Assembly: GCA_035650735.1 (NCBI GenBank)
Contig: DASRGZ010000056.1
Coordinates: forward strand, 1 to 64,000
Length of the DNA: 64,000 nucleotides
Origin: Chthonomonadaceae bacterium
GTDB lineage: Bacteria; Armatimonadota; Chthonomonadetes; Chthonomonadales; Chthonomonadaceae
Direction: 5' to 3'
Each line of letters opens with the position of its first letter. Within the stretch, counting starts at the first letter, position 1. A program made the translations under genes and the position numbers. Of the stretch, positions 9,891 through 19,786 are shown piece after piece. The notes under the pieces were generated by a model. The model was not told the origin of the DNA. It made no database searches and saw only the letters and a program-made list of their open reading frames with translations.

Positions 9891-10826
9891 TCAGTCTATG
9901 CCGTCCTGAGTCGCCTTGTACTCTTCGACGGCCTTGCAGGTGCGCAGCCAGACATTGTTGGGCGGGTTCTCGTAGCCTTTCCAGGCGTAGGGGTCGGTTC
10001 CGGCCACTGGAATGATGCAGCGGCGGTCGGCGTTGGCCGGACGCTCGCCCTCCTTCAGGCTCCAGGGCAGCAGCGACCAGGCGTTCATGTAGTGATTGAC
10101 CAGGACGCGCCGGTAGATATTGCTGCGGTTCTTGCGGGAGCGGTGGAGCAGGTAGCCGTTAAAGAACACGACCGTGCCCGTTTTCACCTCCACCGGAACC
10201 TCTGCTGATTCGTCGAACCCGTAGCTTTCCTGGGCGAAGTCGAACTCTTCCGGGTTGTTATGGTCGCGCTGCGGGTAGAGATAGCCCATGCGATGCGAGC
10301 CGGGAAGCACCCACAGGCAGCCGTTCTCGAGGGTGGCGTCGTCCATCGCGATCCAGCCTCCGATCAGAGAGCGGTCGCGCGTCGGGATATAGATCTCGTC
10401 CTGGTGCCACGCCTGCCCCTGGAAGCCGGGCGGCTTGACGAAGAGCATGGACTGCATGCACTTGACGCTGCCATCCCAATAGGGCAGGTGCGCCGCCGTG
10501 ATCTGGCTGAGCACGCCGCAGATAAGCGGGTGCCGGACGTACTTCTCCATCACCGGGCTGATGTAGTGCGGCTGGTGGATGCAGAGGATGCCGCGCAGCA
10601 CCTCGTCGTCGGTGAGGTCTTGCGGCAGCGGCTGCAAGGTCTCGCAAGGGTAGCCCCCGCGCGCTATAGTCACGGTGTCCCGGCGTAGCTCCTCGATCTC
10701 CTCCGGCCCGACCAGATCGGGCACGACCAGATACCCGTTCTCGACAAAGAACTGTACCTGTTCCTCGGAGACGACTTTCGGGACATCTACGCGCGCCTCT
10801 GTGCATGGGCTTGCCATCATAGTCAT
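9891..10826 (-). CDS. Phytanoyl-CoA dioxygenase (PhyH)-family 2OG-Fe(II) enzyme
   Basis: WHQD, NGCLWVLPGSH, LLHRSRKNRS; GGAGA RBS. Confidence 0.9.
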   Translation of the reverse strand: MTMMASPCTEARVDVPKVVSEEQVQFFVENGYLVVPDLVGPEEIEELRRDTVTIARGGYPCETLQPLPQDLTDDEVLRGILCIHQPHYISPVMEKYVRHPLICGVLSQITAAHLPYWDGSVKCMQSMLFVKPPGFQGQAWHQDEIYIPTRDRSLIGGWIAMDDATLENGCLWVLPGSHRMGYLYPQRDHNNPEEFDFAQESYGFDESAEVPVEVKTGTVVFFNGYLLHRSRKNRSNIYRRVLVNHYMNAWSLLPWSLKEGERPANADRRCIIPVAGTDPYAWKGYENPPNNVWLRTCKAVEEYKATQDGID

Positions 10827-10931
10827 GATTCGATTTCTCCTGTATTCCTAGATACTCCCAGCCGTGCAACTCCCTCTCAAGCGGAGTGTCACCGATAGGA
10901 AGCGCCAACACCGTTGGGAGGGATTATCTAA

Positions 10932-11032
10932 CTCAAGTTGCTACCTTGCCTCTTCGAGAAGGCAAACGGTGATGCAAAAGCCGGTTTCCAGAGCGATTCT
11001 CTCTCAAACGTGTTCCTAGGTAGCAACTTGGG
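10932..11032. mobile_element. 101-bp MITE, copy 1 (IS4-family ISPepr1-like ends)
   Basis: TIRs CYCAAGTTGCTACCT; perfect 8-bp flanking duplication TTATCTAA; identical inverted copy at 29343-29443. Confidence 0.9.
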
Positions 11033-11233
11033 TTATCTAATCTTGAATGCGCCGCACCTAGAGCGTGGGATGCACTTGGGTCCTCTTGAGGAGATAGGCC
11101 AGCCGCTCATTAGAGGCTTGGTGCTCGCTTTTTAGCGAGCCCAAAGCGGTCATCAGCCTCCAAGTCCTCTCTCGAAGCAGGCAAAAAAGGGCATAACACC
11201 CTCTACGGACGCGGCGGCCTTTTCGCGGATTGG

Positions 11234-12481
11234 CTACACCCGGTCCGCAAGAGAACGTCTCTCTTCGCTATCGGCGACGACCGCCCTCTGGAGGCTTTCC
11301 GGCGTCTCCGGGGCCGCGTCGGGGAAGGCGACCTCCTGGAAGGTGCGTGTGGCGGCGGATTCTTTGGCCTTCAGGCACATCAGCACGCTGAGCAGCCCCG
11401 CGCTCAAAGGCGAAACCGACTTCCGTTCGCCGCGCACCACACGCACGAAGTTATCGGCTAACACCGTATCGCCGCCGCCGTGCGATAGCGACGAGGTCTG
11501 CATCTTAATCGTCTCCACGCGCGGCGTATGATGCATGAAGACCTTGACCTCATCGGTGTACCAGTCGAACTCCACCGTGCCCTTGTAGCCTAGCAGCGTC
11601 GCGCCGCGCTTCCCAGCCCCTTTGCGCGCAAAGAAGTTCTGGCTGTAGTTGACGTGCATCCCCGTCTCATACTGGATGATGGCGCTGCCGGAATCCTCGT
11701 TGCCCGTGTCAGTAGCGAAGGCGCACAGCAGCCCGGTATCCTGTACTCGGTCACGCTCGCCTTTGGAGAAGTGATAGTGGAACGGGCTTTCCAGGCAGGT
11801 ATCGTGCTCGGTACAGTCGTCGCAGCGGAGGCCGGCGGGATGGCTGCCCTTCATGATCTGCTTGGAGGTCATCGCGCATATCCAGCGCGGCTGAATGCCG
11901 ATCAGGTAGTTGATGTAATCAAAATCGTGGGTCGCCTTTTGCAGAAAGAGGCCCTGCGTCTCGTTCTCGTCCCGATACCAGCCCTGGTAATAGACCCAGC
12001 CGTAGGGGACATTGTTCCATGCCTGGACATGCTCGACCGTGCCGATCTTGGCCGAGTCGATGATCTCTTTCGCCAACTGCACCAGCGGAGTCACGCGCAA
12101 GGGGAACGAGACGACGACCTCGCTGGTGCTCCTAGCAGCGGCGGCGCGCAGGGCCAGCAGGTCGTGCATATTGGTAGCGATGGGCTTTTCGAGGAAGAGC
12201 GGCAGGTTCCGCTGCAACACCTTGATCGCCATGCGGGCGTGCAGCGAGCAGCGCGTCCCGATCATCACCCCGTCGAGCTTTTCGGTATCCAGCATCGCCT
12301 CCGGGTCGGTGTAGAAGGCCACTTTAGAGTCATCCTGCCCGCGATCCCGCATCCGCTTACGGATTTCGTCGTTGCGCACGTCCGTGATCGCGACGATCTC
12401 CGTCCCCTGGCGGAGCCGCTGCATCAACTCGATCACGCCCTGTATCCGCCCGCCATAACCGATGACGCCGATTCTTAGCAT
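11234..12481 (-). CDS. Gfo/Idh/MocA-family oxidoreductase
   Basis: RIGVIGYGGR, LFLEKP, KATHDFD, HGGGD. Confidence 0.9.
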   Translation of the reverse strand: MLRIGVIGYGGRIQGVIELMQRLRQGTEIVAITDVRNDEIRKRMRDRGQDDSKVAFYTDPEAMLDTEKLDGVMIGTRCSLHARMAIKVLQRNLPLFLEKPIATNMHDLLALRAAAARSTSEVVVSFPLRVTPLVQLAKEIIDSAKIGTVEHVQAWNNVPYGWVYYQGWYRDENETQGLFLQKATHDFDYINYLIGIQPRWICAMTSKQIMKGSHPAGLRCDDCTEHDTCLESPFHYHFSKGERDRVQDTGLLCAFATDTGNEDSGSAIIQYETGMHVNYSQNFFARKGAGKRGATLLGYKGTVEFDWYTDEVKVFMHHTPRVETIKMQTSSLSHGGGDTVLADNFVRVVRGERKSVSPLSAGLLSVLMCLKAKESAATRTFQEVAFPDAAPETPESLQRAVVADSEERRSLADRV

Positions 12482-12560
12482 AAGATTTAGCCTCTTTCTA
12501 TAAAGATAACCTCTAAAGATGATGTGGAAGCATATGAGACAGGCGCTCCGGCTGCCGGCA

Positions 12561-13325
12561 CTACCTAGCCCCGGAAAGGGGAAATGGTTGAGCGCGTTCG
12601 CCGAAATGCTTCTCCCTGTCCTCGCCGCGCACCAGGACGGCGTGCCAGGTCTTGCCCATCGAGTTCAGGGCGACAGGCCGTACCGAAGTGGGAACGTACC
12701 GCAGCGTCAGGCCGCAGCGCCGCCGATGGGAGCGATTGGGCAGGCTGCCGTGAATGAGCGCCCCGTCGTGAATGGAGACCTCTCCGGCGCGCAGAATGAG
12801 GTCGGTGGCGCGGTTTTCCTCTTCCGGCGTGACCGGTACCTCTTGATTGATGCTCAGGAGGTTGCCCTGCGCCTGCGCTTTGCCATGCTCCCGGACGCCA
12901 CCGCAATGCGTTCCCGGCAACACGCGCATACAGCCGTTCTCGCAGTCGCTATCGTCCACGGCGTACCAGACGGTGAGCGCAGAGGGCGGTTCCAGTCCCC
13001 AATAGGTCACGTCCTGGTGCCAGGCGACAAATTTGGCGTCCTGCCCGTACTTGCAGAAGAAGTGGGTGGCAAGCAGCAGGATATTCGGACCGATCAGGCT
13101 CTCCACGCAGTCCAGGACTTCCGGGCGCGTCGCCAACTCCCAGATGAAAGGCTGGTCGAAGTGGCGGTCCAGCAGCCCGATCTGCGCCTTCTCGCGTCCT
13201 TCCCTGGCCTCCAGCTCGTCGAAGAGAGCGCGGTAGCGCGCGGCCTCCGCCTCCTCCACAACGCGGATACCGGAAAGAAACCCTTCGCGTTGATAGGCCT
13301 GTATCTGTTGTTCCGTCAGCAGCAT
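12561..13325 (-). CDS. PhyH-family dioxygenase
   Basis: AWHQD, NGCMRVLPGTH, IHGSLPNRS; GGAGG RBS. Confidence 0.9.
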   Translation of the reverse strand: MLLTEQQIQAYQREGFLSGIRVVEEAEAARYRALFDELEAREGREKAQIGLLDRHFDQPFIWELATRPEVLDCVESLIGPNILLLATHFFCKYGQDAKFVAWHQDVTYWGLEPPSALTVWYAVDDSDCENGCMRVLPGTHCGGVREHGKAQAQGNLLSINQEVPVTPEEENRATDLILRAGEVSIHDGALIHGSLPNRSHRRRCGLTLRYVPTSVRPVALNSMGKTWHAVLVRGEDREKHFGERAQPFPLSGAR

Positions 13326-13376
13326 TGTAAATTCTCCTCCCAGCGTATCTCCCTACCAGCGTTCCTTCCGTTCTGG

Positions 13377-13488
13377 GTAGCGGGCGAATAAATTCGCTGT
13401 AACAAAGGCACGAAGTCGGCCTTCGCTGACTCCACCCCAACCCGCGCAGGCGGGTTTTGGGCTTTTGTTGTTGCGGCTTGAGCCGCCC
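13377..13488. repeat. GTAG-type REP-like palindrome cluster
   Basis: gtagcgggcgaataaattcgc, agtcggccttcgctgact, aacccgcgcaggcgggtt and gcggcttgagccgc hairpins. Confidence 0.6.
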
Positions 13489-13694
13489 GAAAGGAAAACG
13501 TCTTGCTCTTACACTTCGTGTTTGGTGAGTTCGACACCGGCACCCCCATTCCTGCTTCTTCTGTGGCGGCGCCCGTCAAATCCGCTTCGGAGACAAAGTG
13601 GGCAGGAAAACGCCGCCCGCATGAGAATAGAGAGCTAGACTTTCTAAGGCCTCCATGTTGCGACGAAACCGAGCGCAGGAGGATGTTGCAAACG

Positions 13695-14417
13695 ATGGAC
13701 CAGGAGATGTATCGGCGCTATGCCGCCAACGGCTACCATGTCGAGCGCGGCGTGTTTACCGCAGAAGAAGTCGGGCAGATGCTTGCGCACTACATGGCGA
13801 TGCGCGCTGAAGGTCCGCATCCCGGCGACTCGGCAGGCGTACCGGCCCATAGCCGCCCAGACGCGCCCGATCCCTGGAAGCAGTACCCACGCATGATCCA
13901 GATGCACCACTGGGACGCGCTCACCCGCCAGTGGATGTCCGATCCTCGCCTGACGGATGTGGTCGCCGCACTGATGGGCCAGCGTCCGAAGCTCATTCAA
14001 ACGATGGTCTACTTCAAGCCGCCCGGCGGGCGCGGGCAGAGCTTTCATCAAGACAACATCTACCTGCGGACTACGCCACTGCTGGCCGCCTGGGTCGCAT
14101 TGGATCGGGCGGACGCGGAGAACGGCGCGATGGAGATGGTGCGCGGCAGCCATCTGCTCGGCTTGCTGCCCCTCCGGGAAGCGGATACCGATATTTCCGT
14201 GACCGAGATCGAAACGGTGATTCCTTCCTACCTGCCGCGCGACCTGATGGCGCTGGAACCGGGCGATGCCGTTCTCTTCGGCGGCCTGACGATTCACGGC
14301 TCGCTGCCTAACCGCTCCCGCGACCGTTTTCGCCGCGCCTTCATCTGCCACTACGCGGGCGCAGAAGCCTATCCTATCGTCGCGCCTTCGCTGTCTCTGG
14401 ATGCCGAGGCAAAGTAG
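13695..14417 (+). CDS. PhyH-family dioxygenase
   Basis: FHQDN, NGAMEMVRGSH, IHGSLPNRS. Start is 13683-13695, after an AGGAGG RBS. Confidence 0.88.
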   Translation: MDQEMYRRYAANGYHVERGVFTAEEVGQMLAHYMAMRAEGPHPGDSAGVPAHSRPDAPDPWKQYPRMIQMHHWDALTRQWMSDPRLTDVVAALMGQRPKLIQTMVYFKPPGGRGQSFHQDNIYLRTTPLLAAWVALDRADAENGAMEMVRGSHLLGLLPLREADTDISVTEIETVIPSYLPRDLMALEPGDAVLFGGLTIHGSLPNRSRDRFRRAFICHYAGAEAYPIVAPSLSLDAEAK

Positions 14418-14521
14418 CGCGATTTCCTTATGGCGGTCGAGTCCTATCGGCAGCGCAAAACGCTGCTCTGGGACGCGGAGAAAGAAAAGGTTATGCGTGG
14501 ATGAGGAGAAGGTGAACCGAG

Positions 14522-15529
14522 TTGGCCTCACTGCATGATCATCCTGCCGAGCGGCAGCGCGGTCTGGACCACAGGTTCTTTCATCTGGTGCGCTGGGAGA
14601 TGCGCCTGCTGCATGGGCGCAGGCGGGTCGCCGGATGGATCGCGCTGGGCCTGATCGGCGCGGCATCCGCTGTTGTCATCTGGTGGGCCGCCAGCCAGCC
14701 GGAGGAGGTTCCGGAGAAGGTCTCGGACCTGGCGCGGATGGCGCACTTCGATATGATTGCCGTTCTGCTTACCACACCGATACGTGACGATGTCGCCAAT
14801 CTCGCTCAGATGACCTTCGGCTACTCCCTGTTGCGCTTCGCGGCCTATGCGCTCATTGCCTTCTGCAAGGTGACCCTGCCGGCAATAGCGGCTGGCTCCA
14901 TCGCCAGTGACCGGCGGGCCGGGCGGCTGCAAGACCTCCAGATGACTCCCATGACGGCGACCGCGCTCTATCTGGCGACGGCGCTGGCGGCAGCCCTACC
15001 CTATCTGCTGCTCGGCACAACACTGCTGGCGCTGTTCCTCGGCGTGGTCGTGGGCGAGTTCGTCCCCGTCAGCGAAGCAGGGCGGCTATTCCTGGAAGCG
15101 GAAGGACAGGTGCTCATGACGGCGTTCGTGGCGATCACCTGCTCGGCGCTCTTCGGCTCACCCTGGGTCGCCCGCATCGCCGCCTATTTTCTGCTCTGGC
15201 TGGCGCTGCCGCTCGTCTGGCTTGGCATCCTGGAGGCAATCCTGGCGGGCAGCTTCTGGGGAATACAAATCAGCAATGAATACCGAATGAGTCCGGGCAA
15301 GGAGGGATTCGGGGCATTCGTTGCAGCGCAGGCCCTTTTCACCGGCATCGTCTGTCTGCTGGCGGTGTTTCTCGGCGTGGCGCGCTTGCAGCCGCACGGA
15401 TTTCGGAACTGGATGCGTACCGGCTTCCAGAATCTCCTGGGTGGGATGGCCGGTGCATTCACACGGTTGCGGAGCGTGATAGGAAGGGAGACGCGCGATG
15501 CACGTCATGCTGGTAGGCCCGGAGTTTGA
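14522..15529 (+). CDS. ABC-2-type permease-like membrane protein
   Basis: About 6 TM segments; SIASDRRAGRLQDLQMTP resembles the ABC-2 permease cytoplasmic motif. Overlaps the next gene. Confidence 0.6.
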   Translation: MASLHDHPAERQRGLDHRFFHLVRWEMRLLHGRRRVAGWIALGLIGAASAVVIWWAASQPEEVPEKVSDLARMAHFDMIAVLLTTPIRDDVANLAQMTFGYSLLRFAAYALIAFCKVTLPAIAAGSIASDRRAGRLQDLQMTPMTATALYLATALAAALPYLLLGTTLLALFLGVVVGEFVPVSEAGRLFLEAEGQVLMTAFVAITCSALFGSPWVARIAAYFLLWLALPLVWLGILEAILAGSFWGIQISNEYRMSPGKEGFGAFVAAQALFTGIVCLLAVFLGVARLQPHGFRNWMRTGFQNLLGGMAGAFTRLRSVIGRETRDARHAGRPGV

Positions 15530-17675
15530 GGAGAACCTTTCGCTGCGCTATCTGGCGGCGGCGTTACGGCAGGCCGGGCATACCGCCGGCCTGGCCCGCT
15601 TCGACTCGCCGGAGTATGCCGAAGGCGTGGTACAGCAGGTCTTGCGCACGAATCCAGGGCTGGTCGGCCTCTCGATGGTGTTTCAGGTGCGGGCGCGGGA
15701 GTTCTACGCGCTGGCGCGGGCGCTGCGTCAGGCGGGTTATACGGGGCACATCACGGCGGGCGGTCACTTCGCCACCTTTGTCTGTGAACCCATGCTCAAG
15801 GAGGTGCCGGAACTGGATTCGATTGTCCGACAGGAGGGCGAGGAGACCCTGGTGGAGCTGGTGGAGGCGATTGAGCGCGGGGCAAGTCTTGACGAGCTGG
15901 CCCGGATTCCCGGCATGGCAGTGCGCGATGCAGATGGCGCGGTCGTGCTGGCCCCGCCGCGCCATCAGGCCCGGCATCTGGATACGCTCCCCTTCCCCAT
16001 CCGGGACGCCGTTCCTGAGCGGCATCTAGGCGTGCCGACCGCCTATCTGGTCGGCAGCCGGGGCTGCTACGCCGACTGTGAATACTGCTGCATCTTCGCC
16101 TGGCACGAGGCGGCAGTCGGCAAACGCTACCGGATGCGCACGGTCGCCAACATCGCCGACGAGATGGCCTGGCTCTATCACGAGCGCGGCGTTCGCTTCT
16201 TCGTCTTCCACGACGACAACTTCTTCCTGCCGACCGCCGCCGGCAGCCGCAAGCGATTCGAGGCGCTGCATGCCGAAATACGCCAGCGCGGACTGAACGA
16301 CATCGGCCTGATGCTCAAGCTGCGTCCCAACGACTGCGACCACGAGAACCTGCTGATCTTGAAAGACATCGGCCTGCTGCGGGCGTTCGTCGGCATCGAG
16401 AACGCCAGCCAGCGGCAACTGCGCACCCTGGGCCGCGATTCGACGGTCGAGGATGTGCAGGCGTGCCTGCGAATGCTGCGCGAACTGGACATCTACGCCA
16501 CGTACAACATCCTCCTGTTCGACCCCTACACCACGCTGGACGATGTCGCTCTCAATCTCCGTTTCCTCCGGCAGAACCTGTTCACTCCTTTCAACTGGTG
16601 CAAGGTCGAGCCGTATGCCGGAACGGAGCTGGAGAAGCGGTACGCCCGCGAAGGGCGGCTGCGCGGCGACTACCTGGGCTGGGATTACGCGATGGACGAT
16701 CCGCGCGCCCGCCTGCTCTACGACCTGCTGCTGCCCGCCTTCTACTACCGCAACTACGACTACTACGGCCTGGCGAACCTGAACATCGGCCTGGGCTATC
16801 ACCGCCAACTGCTCAAGCACTTCTACCCCGACGGCTGCACGCCCGACCTCTGCGATCGGGTGCAGGCGCTTATCGAGACCATCAACGCCAACACGCTCGA
16901 CTTACTGGAGCGGGCCACTCTGTTCGCGCGCGACGTGGATCTAGCGAACCGGGCCGAGATCGAACGCTTCGGCGAGCAGCTTAAACGCGATTCCTTCCAT
17001 GGGCAGCACCGATTGAGCGCCCGGATAGAGAGCGTCCTGCGCGAGATCGAACAGGCGGCAGGCGTGCGTCAGGAAGCGCGGGTACATTCCCCGGTCGCCT
17101 TCGTGCCGCTGAGACCTACCCCCCTGGCCCGCCGCAGCCTCCTGGGAGTCTTAGCGAGTGGACTGTTGTGGCTGCTCGCCGGATGCCGCCATGTTCCGTC
17201 AGGCCAGCCGCCACAGGCGCCCCAGAATCCAACTCCGCCTTCTGGCATACCTGCGGTCAAAATCACCACGCCGCAGGGCGTGCTGCGTGTGGCCCCGGGC
17301 TCCCCGGAGACGGTCGCCGCCTGGGAACACTTCACGCTGGAGGCCGTCCTGCTGCCGGAGGAGGCGCAGGTCCTCGGCGAGCCGCGCGTGACCGCCAGCG
17401 GTGGCGAGATAAAGCGCGTGCAGGCCGAGCCGGGCAGCCGCATGTTACGCATCGAGTACCGGCCCGGCGGAGGCAGCCGCCGCCTTGACCCGAACGAGAC
17501 CGTCTCGGTGGCGTGGACGGTACGCGGCCCGGAGGGCGATACCGTTATCCTGACGCGGGCGTTTGTGCATGTCAATGAGGACGGCAGTTACAGCTTCGGC
17601 TACGAGACGCCGCGCCCGACCATCGCGGAGATGGCCGCGCCGCCCATCTATCGCGGGCCCAAGCCGGGGAGTTGA
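15498..17675 (+). CDS. Cobalamin-binding radical SAM protein with C-terminal Tat-lipoprotein-like extension
   Basis: B12 domain (LVGLS, ITAGGHFAT, RQEGE), SRGCYADCEYC, FHDDNF, VGIEN; residues ~545-563 read RRSLLGVLASGLLWLLAGC. Confidence 0.9.
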   Translation: MHVMLVGPEFEENLSLRYLAAALRQAGHTAGLARFDSPEYAEGVVQQVLRTNPGLVGLSMVFQVRAREFYALARALRQAGYTGHITAGGHFATFVCEPMLKEVPELDSIVRQEGEETLVELVEAIERGASLDELARIPGMAVRDADGAVVLAPPRHQARHLDTLPFPIRDAVPERHLGVPTAYLVGSRGCYADCEYCCIFAWHEAAVGKRYRMRTVANIADEMAWLYHERGVRFFVFHDDNFFLPTAAGSRKRFEALHAEIRQRGLNDIGLMLKLRPNDCDHENLLILKDIGLLRAFVGIENASQRQLRTLGRDSTVEDVQACLRMLRELDIYATYNILLFDPYTTLDDVALNLRFLRQNLFTPFNWCKVEPYAGTELEKRYAREGRLRGDYLGWDYAMDDPRARLLYDLLLPAFYYRNYDYYGLANLNIGLGYHRQLLKHFYPDGCTPDLCDRVQALIETINANTLDLLERATLFARDVDLANRAEIERFGEQLKRDSFHGQHRLSARIESVLREIEQAAGVRQEARVHSPVAFVPLRPTPLARRSLLGVLASGLLWLLAGCRHVPSGQPPQAPQNPTPPSGIPAVKITTPQGVLRVAPGSPETVAAWEHFTLEAVLLPEEAQVLGEPRVTASGGEIKRVQAEPGSRMLRIEYRPGGGSRRLDPNETVSVAWTVRGPEGDTVILTRAFVHVNEDGSYSFGYETPRPTIAEMAAPPIYRGPKPGS

Positions 17676-19741
17676 TGCCCATGCGCTCCCGTATGCGCCT
17701 TCTCTGGATACTGGGCTTGGTGGCCGTCCTTGCGGCCATAGGCGCGGTCTTCGCCTATTACGAGCGGACGCGCCCCCATCTGGCCGAGCGCAACCAGGCT
17801 GAGCGCGCTGCACAGGTCGCCGGGCAGATCAGGTCCCTGAGCAGTGAGGAAGGCCTGACTCCCGCGCCTACGCCCCCTGTAGAGAAGCTGGGGCCGCGCG
17901 CGACGATCGCGATGGCGCGCGAGTTCCTGCTCGACTACCCGACGGCCTCGGCGACACAGGTACGTATGCCTCTGGCGCTGGCGGTGGCCGCCTTACATGA
18001 CCCGGACATGGCGCTGGTCGGCAGCGAAGTGGAGCAGGCTGCCGCCGATATTCTAACGCATCTTGGCCCCAACCGGCCTCCGACGCAGCAGGATTTTGTC
18101 AGGGCAGGCTTTCCCTCCCAACTGCAATGGACTCCCGCTCTCTATCTTACCGATGTGGATGGCGATGGAAGCGCGGACGTGGTGTTTGTCTGTCCGGGGG
18201 AGCGGGAACAGAGTGTCTGCTGCCTGTTCCGCCACACGCCGCGCGGTTGGATCAGGCATCGCATCGGTCTGGGTCTTCCCGTGCTGGGCCTGTGGGTCTT
18301 CGACATTACTCCGAACGGCCCGAAGGCACTCCTACTTGCCAGCCTGGCCGACAATAGCTATGATCCGAATCTATTCGTGGATGTCTTCGCCTGGCAGAAC
18401 GGGCGGCTCAACAGCGTGCTCTCCACCAGAATCGAGCACGGCTTCCAGCTAGACCATAAGGATGTAGACGGCGATGGATCGCAGGAAATCCGCCTCTTCG
18501 GCAGCAAGGGCGGGATAAGATACAACGAGAAAGCGCGTCAGACGGAAATCTACAAATGGCACGGCAGCGAGTACGTTTTGTCTAAGGTGGAAGACGCTCC
18601 GGCGCGCTGGACCGGCTTTGACCGGCTGGCCGAAGGGAAGCGTCTGCTGGCGGCCTATCAGCTGCCGGAAGCGATCCAGACTCTGCTCACGGCCACACGC
18701 TGGAAGTCTGTCAAACGGGGCAACTACGACGAATTTAGCGATTATGGCGGTCGTCAGGAGGCATGGTACTACCTGGGACTGTGCTATGCCCTGACGGGAA
18801 ATCATGCCGGGGCGGTCGCAGCCATGAACGAGGTAAAGCGGCAAGGCCAGGCAGGAAGTGAAATCCTGAACGCCTGGGCGCAGAAATTCCTCGCAGCCTG
18901 TCTGCATCCCGGCGACCTGCCTCAAGCCCTGGAAACCATCGGCCAGGTATTTCGGTCGCTCGAATTGGCGCTGCATACCAGCCGCCCGAGCATAACACCC
19001 CGCGACCTCCTTGCCGCCGCAGGCATCACGCCCGACGCTTATCAGGAGACAGACCTGACCGGCGACGGCACGACGGAAGGGCTGGCGCGATTCCACTGGC
19101 AGGGCGGGAGCGCCGTCGTTGCCTTGCAGCGGAATGGGCAGGGCGTGCCGCCCTGGACGCTCTGGGTGCTGGCCTATGCCCTGACGGACAAGCCACCCGA
19201 TCAGTTCTATCCCCAGGAAGCCGAAGACTGGTTCTACCTGCCGCAAGCTCCCGCGCTCTCGCTCTACCCGGTCGCAAGCACGGTCAATCTGAGCGGCGTC
19301 CGACCACGCGCCGGAACAATGCCCCAAGTCGCCATCACGTACCGGCAGGGCAACACGCAGGCCGAGGGGATCGTGGCGTGGCAGGGAGGACGTTTCGTCG
19401 CCGTGCAGCCCGTGCCGAAGCCGAACGAGAACCTGGAAGTTGAGCTGGCCCGCATCGAAACGGCGCTGTTCGAGCGCCGAGATTATCCGGAGGTTCTCGA
19501 CCAACTGGCCGCCTTTGAAGGCCGCGTGCGCGGCTCCTCGCTGCCTACAGAGGACAAAACCGACCTGCTGTTGGAAGCCTTCTATCACGAGGCGCTGTGC
19601 TATCGCAAGCTGGGCCAGTCGCGCCGAGCCAGCGTGACCTATGCGGCGCTCTGGCGCGGCTATCCGGACAGCGATTGGGCAAAATTGGCGAAACGTTGGC
19701 TAGCGTTCACAAGGGGCAGGGAAACCGCGCCCGGAAAGTGA
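17675..19741 (+). CDS. Membrane-anchored exported protein with FG-GAP/VCBS-like loops and TPR-like repeats
   Basis: N-terminal TM; DVDGDG twice and DLTGDG; EAWYYLGLCY and C-terminal YPDSDWA TPR-like segments; TGATG coupling to the rSAM gene. Confidence 0.7.
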   Translation: MPMRSRMRLLWILGLVAVLAAIGAVFAYYERTRPHLAERNQAERAAQVAGQIRSLSSEEGLTPAPTPPVEKLGPRATIAMAREFLLDYPTASATQVRMPLALAVAALHDPDMALVGSEVEQAAADILTHLGPNRPPTQQDFVRAGFPSQLQWTPALYLTDVDGDGSADVVFVCPGEREQSVCCLFRHTPRGWIRHRIGLGLPVLGLWVFDITPNGPKALLLASLADNSYDPNLFVDVFAWQNGRLNSVLSTRIEHGFQLDHKDVDGDGSQEIRLFGSKGGIRYNEKARQTEIYKWHGSEYVLSKVEDAPARWTGFDRLAEGKRLLAAYQLPEAIQTLLTATRWKSVKRGNYDEFSDYGGRQEAWYYLGLCYALTGNHAGAVAAMNEVKRQGQAGSEILNAWAQKFLAACLHPGDLPQALETIGQVFRSLELALHTSRPSITPRDLLAAAGITPDAYQETDLTGDGTTEGLARFHWQGGSAVVALQRNGQGVPPWTLWVLAYALTDKPPDQFYPQEAEDWFYLPQAPALSLYPVASTVNLSGVRPRAGTMPQVAITYRQGNTQAEGIVAWQGGRFVAVQPVPKPNENLEVELARIETALFERRDYPEVLDQLAAFEGRVRGSSLPTEDKTDLLLEAFYHEALCYRKLGQSRRASVTYAALWRGYPDSDWAKLAKRWLAFTRGRETAPGK

Positions 19742-19786
19742 ACAGTCCGGCAGAGGCAGGAACCATTACAGCAACGGAGGGAAGCG

